The position numbers were made by a program, and so were the translations under genes. A DNA stretch of 64,000 nucleotides, from contig NC_068988.1 of assembly GCF_001194135.2 (NCBI RefSeq), positions 76,843,615 through 76,907,614 of the forward strand, read 5' to 3'. Below, piece after piece: positions 61,790 through 64,000 of this stretch. Below the pieces are notes generated by a model, which saw only the letters and a list, made by a program, of their open reading frames with translations, was not told where the DNA came from and did not search any database. The DNA is from Octopus bimaculoides. Taxonomy: Eukaryota. The stretch's first letter is position 1. Every line of letters begins with the position of its first letter.

Positions 61790-63230
61790 TCTATGAATAG
61801 CTCTAGTATTGTTTTCGTCTTCAGATTCCACATTTTGTTAATTTCTATTTCAAGATCTTTATATTTGCTCAGTTTTTGGTAGGTCTTGACAGATACGTTT
61901 ATATCAATTGGGACAGTCATATCGATGAGGAGGCATGATTTTTGTCTGAAGTCTTTCAGTATGATGTCTGGCCTATTTGCGTCTATCTTTCTGTCAGTTT
62001 GAATGGTGAAGTTCCAGAGGAGTGCAATGTGATCATTTTCAAGTACTGGGGGTGGTTTGTGTTCCCACCAGTTTTTATCATGGAGCAAGTCCAGGTTTTT
62101 GCATATTACCCAGTGAATATATTGTGCAGCTCTATCATGCCTGTTGAGATACTCTGTAGGCACAAGCAGACTGCACATGGAGACAACATGATCGATGGTC
62201 TCATTTTGTNNNNNNNNNNNNNNNNNNNNNNNNNNNNNNNNNNNNNNNNNNNNNNNNNNNNNNNNNNNNNNNNNNNNNNNNNNNNNNNNNNNNNNNNNNN
62301 NNNNNNNNNNNNNNNNNNNNNNNNNNNNNNNNNNNNNNNNNNNNNNNNNNNNNNNNNNNNNNNNNNNNNNNNNNNNNNNNNNNNNNNNNNNNNNNNNNNN
62401 NNNNNNNNNNNNNNNNNNNNNNNNNNNNNNNNNNNNNNNNNNNNNNNNNNNNNNNNNNNNNNNNNNNNNNNNNNNNNNNNNNNNNNNNNNNNNNNNNNNN
62501 NNNNNNNNNNNNNNNNNNNNNNNNNNNNNNNNNNNNNNNNNNNNNNNNNNNNNNNNNNNNNNNNNNNNNNNNNNNNNNNNNNNNNNNNNNNNNNNNNNNN
62601 NNNNNNNNNNNNNNNNNNNNNNNNNNNNNNNNNNNNNNNNNNNNNNNNNNNNNNNNNNNNNNNNNNNNNNNNNNNNNNNNNNNNNNNNNNNNNNNNNNNN
62701 NNNNNNNNNNNNNNNNNNNNNNNNNNNNNNNNNNNNNNNNNNNNNNNNNNNNNNNNNNNNNNNNNNNNNNNNNNNNNNNNNNNNNNNNNNNNNNNNNNNN
62801 NNNNNNNNNNNNNNNNNNNNNNNNNNNNNNNNNNNNNNNNNNNNNNNNNNNNNNNNNNNNNNNNNNNNNNNNNNNNNNNNNNNNNNNNNNNNNNNNNNNN
62901 NNNNNNNNNNNNNNNNNNNNNNNNNNNNNNNNNNNNNNNNNNNNNNNNNNNNNNNNNNNNNNNNNNNNNNNNNNNNNNNNNNNNNNNNNNNNNNNNNNNN
63001 NNNNNNNNNNNNNGCTCCTTTCCCTCATCACTGAGTGCTTGATATTGTCCCCTTCATTATCAAGGCCAAATTGCATCCTGATGTCATCACTGAATTGTTT
63101 AAAAATCGCTAGTAGGCCTTTGAGCTGTTGGTCATTTTTTGCAAAGAGCTTTAAATCATCCATGTAAATGAGATGATTTATATTTTTATCAAATATTTTA
63201 TAACCATACTGTGCATCATTGAGCAATTTT
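61790..63230 (-). mobile_element. R4/Dong-like RLE retrotransposon, second family (spans a gap)
   Basis: INHLIYMDDLKLFAK (RT); CSLLVPTEYLNRHD, NRPDIILKD..LLIDMTVP, KLSKYKDLEIEI (RLE). Confidence 0.88.
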
Positions 63231-64000
63231 GAGTGCGGTATTAGGGCTAGACAGAAGAAGACTCACACATCTGTCCTGGATCAGTTATCATTTGCCTTTC
63301 ATGGTTTAGCAAGGATCAAATCGTGGATTCATTGCCACACTGTGCCTCTGTTACCCGGGCCCACTGAATGGTTTTCATCCCTTCATGTCCAAGTGCTTGC
63401 GCCTTAGCTCTGACAATACAACCTTCATGTTTCGTGTTGAAGAATTGGTCGAATGCCAATCTCGCTGTGAGCACATCGGTCATGATGCCTTTTCTAAAAG
63501 TCTTGCCTAACTTCTTGACTAGCTCTGTCTCTACTCTGTTTTGTTCTACTGCTAGTCCTTTGCTAAACCTTATTGATTCGATTATAATTGCCTTTTTAAG
63601 TGTGAACCACCATTTGCTGTTGATTATTGCTCCTGTCAATGCCCTCTTAACTAGTTCTCTAATCCAGTTTCTGAAATCTTTATCTGCTACTCTACAAACT
63701 ACCCTATCTAGATACAACCTGGATGACCTGATGCGGTTTGACCAGTCCTGCACTGACACATCCAGGAAATTCGATCGATATCTGTCAGACAGCTGAAATC
63801 GTCTAAGCAGGTTTGCAAGGATTTTGCACCCTCCTTTCCTATCTACTAAACCTACACAGTCTCACTTTACACTTAAATTCCATTTCAATCTCCCACTCTC
63901 AGACTAAAGCATGAGATGTTCATAGGAAAGTTTCCAGATGTCTGAAGAAATCTGGTCATTCTGCCCCTATCGGGGCATAGACAGAAACTAGCCTAAAAAT
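63231..64000 (-). mobile_element. Tx1/L1-like LINE ORF2 fragment (APE + linker)
   Basis: FRLVSVYAP, DFFRHLETFL, FQLSDRY, WSNRIRSSRLYLDRVVCR, KWWFTLKKAI, HEGCIVRAK. Confidence 0.75.

Overview
AT-rich, gapped (N-run) eukaryotic genomic DNA that is almost entirely a transposable-element graveyard; I found no convincing host gene, tRNA/rRNA gene or CRISPR array. The tRNA-head SINE types, (CAT)n-tailed RTE LINEs and microsatellite load suggest an octopod cephalopod (inference from repeat families, not tested). Recognisable elements, all decayed: a Chapaev3-type transposon; several Penelope-like elements (RT + GIY-YIG), some with hammerhead-like relics; many copies of one RTE LINE family with a PHD finger inside its RT region; R4/Dong-like and HERO-like RLE retrotransposons; Tx1/L1 fragments; piggyBac, mariner and Helitron remnants; two SINE families; and several fold-back/MITE elements. 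The most striking structure is at 49.6-54.2 kb: three R4-like retrotransposon copies whose six junctions all abut (ATGT)n. The element carries the same microsatellite inside its own 3' UTR, and one copy appears inserted inside another's 3' UTR, i.e. a self-targeting nested array. Coordinates of decayed elements are approximate, family names are recalled from motif knowledge rather than database searches, and identities are by eye.
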